Below are positions 17,831 through 25,940 of a stretch of 32,000 nt of DNA, one piece after another (the stretch's first letter is position 1; each line of letters starts with the position of its first letter). A program made the position numbers and the translations under genes. The DNA is from Desulfotalea psychrophila LSv54 (lineage in GTDB: Bacteria > Desulfobacterota > Desulfobulbia > Desulfobulbales > Desulfocapsaceae), in NCBI RefSeq assembly GCF_000025945.1, contig NC_006138.1:1530001-1562000 (forward strand), read 5' to 3'. The notes beneath the pieces were generated by a model that saw nothing but the letters and a program-made list of their open reading frames with translations, was not told the origin of the DNA and ran no database searches.

Positions 17831-19363
17831 CTATTTAAATTCTTCTCTGAACTGTTTGAATGTACTGATTATACATAAGAACAGAACAAACATAAGGGGC
17901 AGAGCAAAAATCAGGCTTATACTTTGTAGTAAATCAATGCCGTTTTTTACCCCTAACATAAGAGTCAATGCCATAGCAGCTTGGGCAATTGTCCAAATTA
18001 TTTTCATTCTATTGCTAGGGTTTGGGTCACCATCAGAACTCATACTACTCAGTGTATATGTTGAGCTGTTAATTGAAGTGATAAAACAGGTAAAAAGAGC
18101 CAGTACAACTCCAACGGAAATTACTTTACCGAAAGGTAAGCTTTCGAGAACGATAAAGGTTGCTGCTTTAGAAGAAGCAGCTGCAGCTTTTATCACCTCA
18201 GGCGACGATTCGAGGCCGATGGTTCCAAAGAATGCTACCCAGATGAAAATTCCAAGACATGGCAAGATCATAGAACCAAGGATGAATTCGCGAACAGTTC
18301 TACCCTTTGAAACCCGAGCGATGAATGGTCCAACAAAAGGAGCCCAGGCGATAGCCCATGCATAGTAGTAAATAGGCCATCCTGTTATCCATGAAGTCTC
18401 TTTATCAGCGGCAAATGTTGGCAGCATCAAGGCATCTGAAAAGAAGCTGTTCATGTAGTTGCCAATTGTATCGAAGTAGACGTTAAACATTTTGGTGGTA
18501 GGACCGACTAATCCCACCAATATGAGTATGCCAACGAGCAGATACACATTGTAGTCAGAGAGTACTTTGATACCTTTCTCTAGTCCTGCTGTTGTACAAA
18601 ATATTGTAATTATTGCTATTGTTGCGACTACTACAATTTTCACCAGATCGGAATCTGGTGTGCCGAAAAGGTATTTAAAACTAACACTTAACGAGAGACC
18701 TGTTTGGCCGAGTGATGTTGAAATCCCTGCGATTGCACCGAAGATACAGATAAGGTTGATAGCTTTACCTAAGGGGCCATTTGCCTTATCACGTCCCCAG
18801 GGAATCAAGATGTTACTGATGAGATTGGTTTCACCCTTACGGTACATCATATAGCCGAGGATCAGTCCTACTACAGAAAAAGCAGCCCAGGCTTGTATGC
18901 CTTGGTGGATAAAGCTTTGCTTCATTGCAAATTCAGCAGCTTCTGGTGAAAGTGGTGCGAGCCCTGTTGTCGCTAAGGGGTGTATATAGTGATATACTGG
19001 CTCAGCAACACCCCAATAGAGCATTACTGTTCCCATTCCCGCTGAAAAAAGCATACCCATCCAGGAAAATGTCGAAAAATCAGGGGTGGCATCATCTGGC
19101 CCAAGCTTAATATTTCCGTATTTGCTAAATGCGAAGAAAAACATCACCATCACATAAATAAATGAGCCTGCCATATATACCCAACCAAATCTATCAGTTA
19201 GGTATTTCATTGTTGTTATTCCTGCTTTGTAAAGCAAATCGGGGAAGAGCGCTCCACAAAGAACAACAAGAACAATGAAAGACATTGTGCTAGCGAAAAG
19301 CAATTTGCCCTGCTTGAGTTCGGGGCCTGCATGAGCTTTTTGTTGTATATCTTTAGACATCAA
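17831..19363 (-). CDS. BCCT family transporter (copy 1)
   Basis: 510 aa; SFVVLVVLCGALFPD, MLYWGVAEPVYHY, QAWAAFSVVGLILGYMMYRK, WAPFVGPFIARVSKGRTVREFI, FITSINSSTYTLS. Confidence 0.93.
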   Translation of the reverse strand: MMSKDIQQKAHAGPELKQGKLLFASTMSFIVLVVLCGALFPDLLYKAGITTMKYLTDRFGWVYMAGSFIYVMVMFFFAFSKYGNIKLGPDDATPDFSTFSWMGMLFSAGMGTVMLYWGVAEPVYHYIHPLATTGLAPLSPEAAEFAMKQSFIHQGIQAWAAFSVVGLILGYMMYRKGETNLISNILIPWGRDKANGPLGKAINLICIFGAIAGISTSLGQTGLSLSVSFKYLFGTPDSDLVKIVVVATIAIITIFCTTAGLEKGIKVLSDYNVYLLVGILILVGLVGPTTKMFNVYFDTIGNYMNSFFSDALMLPTFAADKETSWITGWPIYYYAWAIAWAPFVGPFIARVSKGRTVREFILGSMILPCLGIFIWVAFFGTIGLESSPEVIKAAAASSKAATFIVLESLPFGKVISVGVVLALFTCFITSINSSTYTLSSMSSDGDPNPSNRMKIIWTIAQAAMALTLMLGVKNGIDLLQSISLIFALPLMFVLFLCIISTFKQFREEFK

Positions 19364-19374
19364 TCAATTCCTCT

Positions 19375-20541
19375 CTATGTGATAATGGTAATCTGCTCGC
19401 TGGCACGACGGGTAAGCCATTCTGCTCCATCTTCGGTGATAACAATGTCTTCTTCGTGGACCATATCTTTACCTTTGGCATAGGTCATTCCCGGCTCCAG
19501 GGTAATAACCATTCCGGGTACGAGTGGGGTGTTGTCAGTGGCGGTGTTAGAGGGCCACTCTGTTAGCTGCGAACCAAGTCCATGTCCGAGGCGTCCAACT
19601 TCGTTGCCAAGAGCACCACCTGCCTCCATTACTGCCCACATTGCATTGTAGATATCTGTGGTTGTGGCTCCTGGGTGTGCTGCTGCAAATCCTGCGCTGG
19701 TTGCCTCGTAAACGCATTCGTAGGCTTTTTTGGTTTCAACGCTGCATTCACCAAAGGCGAAGTTGCGATCAAAATCAGAAAAATAACCGTCATAAACGCA
19801 ACCAACATCGATGATAAGCACATCTCCTCTCTCAATATTGCGGGAGGTAGGTCCCATAATGATGCTGTCATAGCCGTCTGGACCGGAACCAGAGATGAGG
19901 TATTTGACAAATTCGGCCCCATCTTCCAACATATCGATACGCATTTGCCGGCAGATATCTCTTTCTGTTTGACCAACACGGGCATGTAGGGGAATACGAT
20001 CAAAGGCATTGTTGGTAATTACGCACGCCTTTCGAATTTTGGCGATTTCGGCAGGAGATTTAACTGAACGCAATCGATGCATTTCAAGGGCAATGTCAAC
20101 GAACTCTTTTCCCTGTAGGCGGGTAGAGAGATTGAGATAGTCGGTGGTTGGCATACGTAAATATGATTGAAGACCGAGTGTTGCACCAACTCTACCGTAT
20201 TTGGTAGGAAGGGCGTTGAGAACTCCAGCGACCAGGGAGATACCGTCGTCTTCCGGGGCAGGGGATGACCAGGTTCTAATGTCATCAATCCATGTAGCCG
20301 CCATACCGCTTGCCCCAATACCCGGGATAACAGCAATAGGCTTGCCCTCTGTGGGAATTATGAGAAACCATGGGCGGGTAGGGCTTTCCCAAAATTGTGT
20401 GTAGTAACCTGTATAATATCGAATGTTTGGTTCGGTGGTGAGGAAAACTGCATCGAGTTTTTTCTCGCGCATAACTGCCTGCATCTTAGCTGTTCGTGCT
20501 TCAAATTCTGCATCGTCAAAACCGAATTCTCTTATGGTCAT
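19375..20541 (-). CDS. M24 family metallopeptidase-fold hydrolase (creatinase / Xaa-Pro peptidase / ectoine-hydrolase-like)
   Basis: ORF track start 20589; preferred ATG at 20541 (MTIREFGFDD) follows an AGAGAGG SD. Metal ligand pattern: DVGCVYDGYFSDFDRNF, GHGLG, LEPGMTY, HEEDIVIT. Confidence 0.88.
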   Translation of the reverse strand: MTIREFGFDDAEFEARTAKMQAVMREKKLDAVFLTTEPNIRYYTGYYTQFWESPTRPWFLIIPTEGKPIAVIPGIGASGMAATWIDDIRTWSSPAPEDDGISLVAGVLNALPTKYGRVGATLGLQSYLRMPTTDYLNLSTRLQGKEFVDIALEMHRLRSVKSPAEIAKIRKACVITNNAFDRIPLHARVGQTERDICRQMRIDMLEDGAEFVKYLISGSGPDGYDSIIMGPTSRNIERGDVLIIDVGCVYDGYFSDFDRNFAFGECSVETKKAYECVYEATSAGFAAAHPGATTTDIYNAMWAVMEAGGALGNEVGRLGHGLGSQLTEWPSNTATDNTPLVPGMVITLEPGMTYAKGKDMVHEEDIVITEDGAEWLTRRASEQITIIT

Positions 20542-20564
20542 AGTAAAGCCTCTCTTTGCTGTTG

Positions 20565-21776
20565 TTATAGGTTGTCGCGTCCGTGCCATAAAACATCCCT
20601 GTACAATTCAGGGGAGGTATCACCTTCGGTGCTGATGCAGAGCACCTGTGCATTCAGGTCGAGGCCAAGCTTTTCCCGGGCCTCTTTTCCCTCTTCGCTG
20701 GTCATTACCCAGTGAAGAAAGCCTGTTGTTGCGGCTCCTGATTCTCCGGAGGTCACCTGTGGATCTCCTTTTATTGGAGCTCCCAAAACTCTCATTCCCG
20801 TTGCGGCAATATCGTCGGAGCAAGACGCATAGGCGACGGGATAATCTCGAAGCATTTCCCAGCTGGTTTTGTTGGGTTCACCGCAGGCGAGTCCGGCCAT
20901 AAGGGTGAGGAGGTCACCTTCAACAGTGTGAGGTTTTCCGTCGTTTGCGCAGGCAGAAACATAAAAACAGTTCGCGGCATCGGGCTCTACGATGATGAAT
21001 TTAGGGCAATCTTTGCCGAAGGCAGACATGAAAAAACCGATCATCGCTCCTGCAAAACAGCCAACTCCAGCCTGGAGTAAAACATGGGTGGGACGTTCAA
21101 TACCCTGTGCCTGCATCTGTTCTAATGCCTCAAGGGCAAGGGTTGTGTATCCCTGCATAATTGTATTCGGAATGTCCTCGTATCCATCCCAAGCTGTATC
21201 TTGTACTGTGATCCATCCCTCCTGTTGTGCTTTGTCCCAGGCCATGCGAACACAGTCGTCGTAATTGAGTTCTGTTATGGTGCAGTCGGAGCCAAGGGCT
21301 TGGATATTGTCGCGACGGATGGGAGCAGAACCCTTTGGCATGTAGATAATGGCTTTTTTATTAAACTCTTTAGCCGCCCATGCCAGGCCTCGTCCATGAT
21401 TCCCATCTGTTGTAGATGCGAAGGTGATATCGCCAATTTTGTCCGAGGTCTCTTTAGAACTCAGGTCAGAACAGCTTACTTCGGAGATATCTTTGCCAAG
21501 CATTTCAGCGAGTATTTTTCCTACGGCGTAGGAACCGCCAAGTACCTTGAAGGCGTTGAGACCAAAGCGATAGGATTCATCTTTTATCAGGATTGATCCA
21601 AGCCCAAGGTGTTCAGCAAGTTGGTCAAGTTTAGCCAAGGGTGTTGGCTGGTAGGATGGAAAGGTTTGGTGGAAGTCTCTAACTTTCTCAGCTACTTCTT
21701 TACTGAGAAGGGAGACCTCTGTCCCTTTTAATGGAGCTATTGGATTTTCATTAAATTTAATTCTAACACTAGACAA
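20565..21776 (-). CDS. dpaL: Diaminopropionate ammonia-lyase (PLP dependent)
   Basis: 403 aa; KDESYRFGLNAFKVLGGSYA, FASTTDGNHGRGLAWAAKEF, VQDTAWDGYEDIPNTIMQGYTTLALE, STEGDTSPE..Y. Apparent TTG start preceded by GGGAG. Confidence 0.92.
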   Translation of the reverse strand: MSSVRIKFNENPIAPLKGTEVSLLSKEVAEKVRDFHQTFPSYQPTPLAKLDQLAEHLGLGSILIKDESYRFGLNAFKVLGGSYAVGKILAEMLGKDISEVSCSDLSSKETSDKIGDITFASTTDGNHGRGLAWAAKEFNKKAIIYMPKGSAPIRRDNIQALGSDCTITELNYDDCVRMAWDKAQQEGWITVQDTAWDGYEDIPNTIMQGYTTLALEALEQMQAQGIERPTHVLLQAGVGCFAGAMIGFFMSAFGKDCPKFIIVEPDAANCFYVSACANDGKPHTVEGDLLTLMAGLACGEPNKTSWEMLRDYPVAYASCSDDIAATGMRVLGAPIKGDPQVTSGESGAATTGFLHWVMTSEEGKEAREKLGLDLNAQVLCISTEGDTSPELYRDVLWHGRDNL

Positions 21777-21817
21777 AATTATATCTCCCTCTTTGAATTA
21801 TTGGTTGTCTTTGTATT

Positions 21818-21833
21818 AGCATAATGCGTGCCA
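21818..21833 (-). promoter_or_regulatory. Sigma-54 (-24/-12) promoter for the dpaL operon
   Basis: Minus strand reads TGGCACG-CATT-ATGCT, close to the TGGCACG-N4-TTGCA/T consensus, about 41 nt upstream of the dpaL start and downstream of a sigma-54 activator gene. Confidence 0.85.
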
Positions 21834-21949
21834 AAATCGACAATACTGACAATAGTTCGAAAAAACAGGATCTTAGCCTTTTGCCTGAGGGGGAGGTATG
21901 TTTTTATTCACTTCTCGTAATGAGAAAAATTCTAGAAATGAGAAAAAGA

Positions 21950-23752
21950 TTAATAGGTACTTGTTTTGCGGTATAGCGTTGCGAGGCTGATGCCAAGACT
22001 TTTAGCGGCCTGTCTTTTTCCTTCGGTGGAGTCACCGTACAGGGCAATAGCTCTTGTAATTGCTTGGAACTCTAACTCTTTGAGAGGTATTACCGGGGGG
22101 TGGTTATTTGGGCTGAGGGGTATGGTGGTGCCTAGGTTTTCGGGGTTTACTAAAAAGCCTGAATAGATGGAGGTTTCATCTATTTTTCCCTTCTTGTCTG
22201 CAATGTTAACAAGGTATTCTATGGCATTTTCAAGCTCTCTGATGTTGCCGGGCCAGAGGTATTTTTCCATACGTTGCCTAATGTTTTTAGAGAGAAAAAT
22301 CTGGTCTTTGTTAAATAAATCACAGTATTTATTTGTAAAATGTTTGATGAGTAAGGTGAGATCTTCCATTCGATTTCGAAGTGGAGGTGTTTCAATGGGA
22401 ATAACATTGAGGCGATAATAAAGGTCGTTTCTGAACTTATTTTGCAGCATCATCTCGTGGAGATTATCATTACATGCGGCGATTATACGAATGTCCACCG
22501 AGATAGGGTTTGCAGCCCCGAGTCGGGTGATGGTTCTTTCCTGCAGAACCCTGAGCAATTTTACTTGCAAATAAAGGGGCATAGAAGATATCTCATCGAG
22601 GAAAATTACGCCACCTGCCGCAAGCTCAAACTTGCCAATTTGACCTTGTTTGGATGCCCCTGTGAAGGCTCCACCAACATAACCAAAGAGCTCACTTTCA
22701 AGTAAGGTATCAGGGATGGCTCCGCAGTTAATGGCAACAAAAGGCTCCTTGTTTCTATTGCCAGAAAAATGAATAGCTCGGGCAACCAGCTCTTTTCCTG
22801 TGCCACTTTCGCCAGAGATAAGAACCGATGAGTTGGTGTCTGAGGTTGCCTGTATTTGGCTTTTTAATGTTCTAATAAGAGGAGAGTTTCCGATAATATG
22901 CTGTAGTGATGCATCTTCCGGGGAACTTGGTCCTGAGGATAAAGATATAACAGATTGGATGGTATCAAAGATAAAAACAGAGGAGAATCTGCTTGTCTTG
23001 GAATCGAGCTTAACCCTTTTTCCTGCCAGTAGCTGTTGCCTATCTCCTTGTCTTATGATGAATTCGTCAAGGTCGGAGAATGTCACGCCTGTGGCTGTCA
23101 GGGAGAAATTCTCAAAATTAGAATTAAGGGTTTTGTGCAAAATTTCTTGGGCTCTGGCGTTTTTGAAAACAACTTTTCCGTTTGTGTCACAAATCATGGT
23201 GCCACGGTTGTTTATCTCTATGACCTCTGACATTGCATCAAAAAGATCGTTAAGATTTTTTTGAGCATGTTTTTCAAGTACATGGGCTGCGATACTGCTA
23301 GTGAGTAATTGGAGGAAATTTACATAAACATCTCTTTGCGGAATAAGTTTTTTTCGAATCTCTTCAGAGAAGCAGATGAGTTCCATTGCCCCATAGGTGT
23401 TTTTTCCGTCGGAAATGGGGGCACAGATAGAGAGGAGCTCATGGCATTGTTCTTTGGTTTGGCAACCCTTGCATATGCTATTTTTCCTGGGGTTTTCAAT
23501 AAAAAGAGGTTTGGTACTTTTCAGTGTGGCTTTGAGAAGATTACCTGCTTTTTTTATGCTTTTCCCAATGTTTTTTGAGTAATCCCCAGTGCCTGCAATT
23601 CTGATGAGGTTGGTATCAACAACTTCAACTTCAAAACCAGTTACCTTGGATATTGTATCAGCGTAATATTGAATTTGTTTTTGCAGACTGAGTAACACGA
23701 TTGCTCCTAATGATGGGGGTGCTTGGTTTACTATTTGCTTCCATAGGGGCAA
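21950..23752 (-). CDS. Sigma-54 dependent transcriptional activator (GAF/PAS-like sensor, AAA+, Fis-type HTH)
   Basis: 600 aa; GESGTGKELVARAIH, ELFGYVGGAFTGA, GGVIFLDEISSMP, LYYRLNVIPIETPPLR, WPGNIRELENAIEY, C-terminal KRQAAKSLGISLATLYRK. Confidence 0.95.
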   Translation of the reverse strand: MPLWKQIVNQAPPSLGAIVLLSLQKQIQYYADTISKVTGFEVEVVDTNLIRIAGTGDYSKNIGKSIKKAGNLLKATLKSTKPLFIENPRKNSICKGCQTKEQCHELLSICAPISDGKNTYGAMELICFSEEIRKKLIPQRDVYVNFLQLLTSSIAAHVLEKHAQKNLNDLFDAMSEVIEINNRGTMICDTNGKVVFKNARAQEILHKTLNSNFENFSLTATGVTFSDLDEFIIRQGDRQQLLAGKRVKLDSKTSRFSSVFIFDTIQSVISLSSGPSSPEDASLQHIIGNSPLIRTLKSQIQATSDTNSSVLISGESGTGKELVARAIHFSGNRNKEPFVAINCGAIPDTLLESELFGYVGGAFTGASKQGQIGKFELAAGGVIFLDEISSMPLYLQVKLLRVLQERTITRLGAANPISVDIRIIAACNDNLHEMMLQNKFRNDLYYRLNVIPIETPPLRNRMEDLTLLIKHFTNKYCDLFNKDQIFLSKNIRQRMEKYLWPGNIRELENAIEYLVNIADKKGKIDETSIYSGFLVNPENLGTTIPLSPNNHPPVIPLKELEFQAITRAIALYGDSTEGKRQAAKSLGISLATLYRKTSTY

Positions 23753-24120
23753 GAGGATTGGGTGTATGAAAATTTACCAAATAGTTCGGCGAGGTTGTTA
23801 TGAACAAGATAAACAGATTGGCTACATATTTTTATAAATAAAATTAAGGCCAGAGAAGTCTCCCCATATGGACATAGTAATATAACCGATTGTACGTGCT
23901 TTTTGCTATCTTTTACTGTCGGAGCGGATTTGTTAGCTTGGAAATGTCCACAACACGGTATTGTCATCTGCTTTTGGGCATAGTGTTTTTATTGATGAAA
24001 TATCGTGAGCTAAAAAATGTTGGTAGGAGATAATGAAAAATAGAGGTGTTGTCTTTTTGTTGCCAGGAGTGTGCAGCAGGGATCCTGTTCAGCTCAGCTC
24101 AGCTCAGGATCCCCGTAGAA

Positions 24121-24558
24121 CTATTTTTTAATCTTTACTATGGTACCCTCCAGAGCAACACCGGCCATCAGGGCTCCGGCTCCACATTGAAATGAGCTAT
24201 TGCTTGAGTGGAGCTTGCTCTTGTAGTTGGATTTAATATTTATAACGGCATTGCCGCCTTGGCTGACAGCACTTTCTTCAAGAGCAATCATAGCCGAGAG
24301 AAATACCCACTGACATGCCTCCTTATCTGATTTATTAAAGGAGTTGGTTTTTTTGTTGGTGTTCACTGTACCGTAATTTTTTATTACCTTGCCGTGTTTA
24401 CTCTTGCCAAAGTAAAAACTTACATCGCCACTGAGTTTTGTTTGTGCCGCCTTCTGAGCGAGGGCCTCTTTTACGGAGTAGTTGCCCAGGCTGTCTCTTG
24501 CCACTGCCGAAGAGATCATTAACATGCTCAGTAGAATTGCCAGTACGATTGTCTTCAT
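24121..24558 (-). CDS. Small secreted hypothetical protein
   Basis: 145 aa; signal peptide MKTIVLAILLSMLMISSAVA, Lys/Ser-rich, two cysteines (EACQW, FQCGAG), Gly/Ala-rich C-terminal repeat-like region. Confidence 0.72.
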   Translation of the reverse strand: MKTIVLAILLSMLMISSAVARDSLGNYSVKEALAQKAAQTKLSGDVSFYFGKSKHGKVIKNYGTVNTNKKTNSFNKSDKEACQWVFLSAMIALEESAVSQGGNAVINIKSNYKSKLHSSNSSFQCGAGALMAGVALEGTIVKIKK

Positions 24559-24961
24559 TTTTTCTCCCTATGAAATGTTCTAATATGGTTCCAGAATTGC
24601 GGAGCAATCTGTCACTGATTGTAGTCATCCTTTGTAGCAATCTTATATTGTCTTTGCTACTAATCTTTTTAAGAGAGGCATTCTTAAAAATAGGGCAGGT
24701 TTTCCTTGGAAGTCAAGCATGATAAGTCTATACAGATGAGTTGCCTGTTGCCAGCCTGAGGAGAATACGGGGCAGGCCGTTAACGGCTCTCTTCTGGAGA
24801 GAGTTTTTGGAAAATGGAGAGGTTTTTACTGACAGGGAGGAGGGGGCAGGATCTTTGCCCATTATTTGCTATGATAAATCGATGTATGCCCTGGAAAACC
24901 GACCTCTTGGTGAGGCCGGTTCTCCAGTACTTATTGGTCTACATCCGCTAATGAGATGTAG

Positions 24962-25912
24962 TTATCTTTTTGCCCTCTTGTTTGCTGCGACACAGGAGAG
25001 GAATGCATGCATGATGCCGGCGGCGGCAAAAGAGGTGATCTCTGCATTGTCTGACTCTGGAAGTACCTCCACCAGATCCATCCCCACCAGTTCCTGGCCT
25101 TGGCAGCAGTTAAGGACAAGCTTGAGAGCCTCATGGGTGGTGAAACCGCCAATCTCGGGAGTTCCTGTGCCCGGTGCATAGGCGGCATCAAGAAAATCAA
25201 TATCAAACGACATGAAAACAGGGGTACCCGGGCTGATACGCTCTTTGATGCGCTTGATTGCCTCGTTTATACCTATTTCATGAAGCTCCCAGCCGGTGAT
25301 AACCTGCATACCGCTTTCGCGGACAAACTTGAGCGAATCTCTGCCGTAGAGGGGGCCTCGGATTCCCGTCTGGGTGGACTCCTCAGGCTTGATCAAACCC
25401 TCCTTGATGGCCCAATGGAAGGTGGTGCCGTGGTTGTAGGGCTTACCGAAGTAATCACTTCCCGTATCCGAGTGAGCATCAAAGTGAATAAGGGCCACGG
25501 GGCCATGCTTCTTAACGATGGAACGCAGTTGCGGCAGGGTGATGGAGTGGTCTCCACCCATAACAACAGGAATGATGTCATTTTTTAAGAGGGCACTCAT
25601 TCCCTCTTCAATGCGCTCAAATGACTCATCCAGGTGGCCGGGAATAATATCAATATCGCCGTAATCAACACCGCTACACTCTTCAAATATATCCACGTCA
25701 AGCACCTCTTCATAGGACTTGAGTATGGTAGAGGCAGCCCGAATACCAGCAGGCCCGAAGCGACATCCTGGCTTATAAGTGGTGGCAGTATCAAAAGGAA
25801 TGCCAAGGACGGCAAAGTCTATATCCTGTAGATCCGTTTGATAGGGAAGACGCATAAAGGTTCTTATGCCACAAAAGCGGGGCGAGGCAAGGGCATTTAC
25901 TGGCTTAGACAT
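24962..25912 (-). CDS. Agmatinase-family ureohydrolase (substrate uncertain)
   Basis: ORF track start 25996; preferred ATG at 25912 (MSKPVNALASPRF) after AAGGA. Mn-binding motifs GGDHS, FDAHSD and SFDIDFLDAAYAPGTGTPEIGG. Confidence 0.92.
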   Translation of the reverse strand: MSKPVNALASPRFCGIRTFMRLPYQTDLQDIDFAVLGIPFDTATTYKPGCRFGPAGIRAASTILKSYEEVLDVDIFEECSGVDYGDIDIIPGHLDESFERIEEGMSALLKNDIIPVVMGGDHSITLPQLRSIVKKHGPVALIHFDAHSDTGSDYFGKPYNHGTTFHWAIKEGLIKPEESTQTGIRGPLYGRDSLKFVRESGMQVITGWELHEIGINEAIKRIKERISPGTPVFMSFDIDFLDAAYAPGTGTPEIGGFTTHEALKLVLNCCQGQELVGMDLVEVLPESDNAEITSFAAAGIMHAFLSCVAANKRAKR

Positions 25913-25940
25913 GGTCTGTTTTCCTTGTAATGATTTGTTT

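Noticed and set aside
24634-24660. GTAGCAA...TTGCTAC inverted repeat upstream of the small secreted protein gene
   Set aside because: Only 7 bp with a 13 nt loop and distant T's; could occur by chance, so not called as terminator or operator.
24741-25588. Plus-strand ORFs of 146 and 162 aa around the ureohydrolase gene
   Set aside because: Antisense to a clear agmatinase-family CDS; no independent coding evidence.
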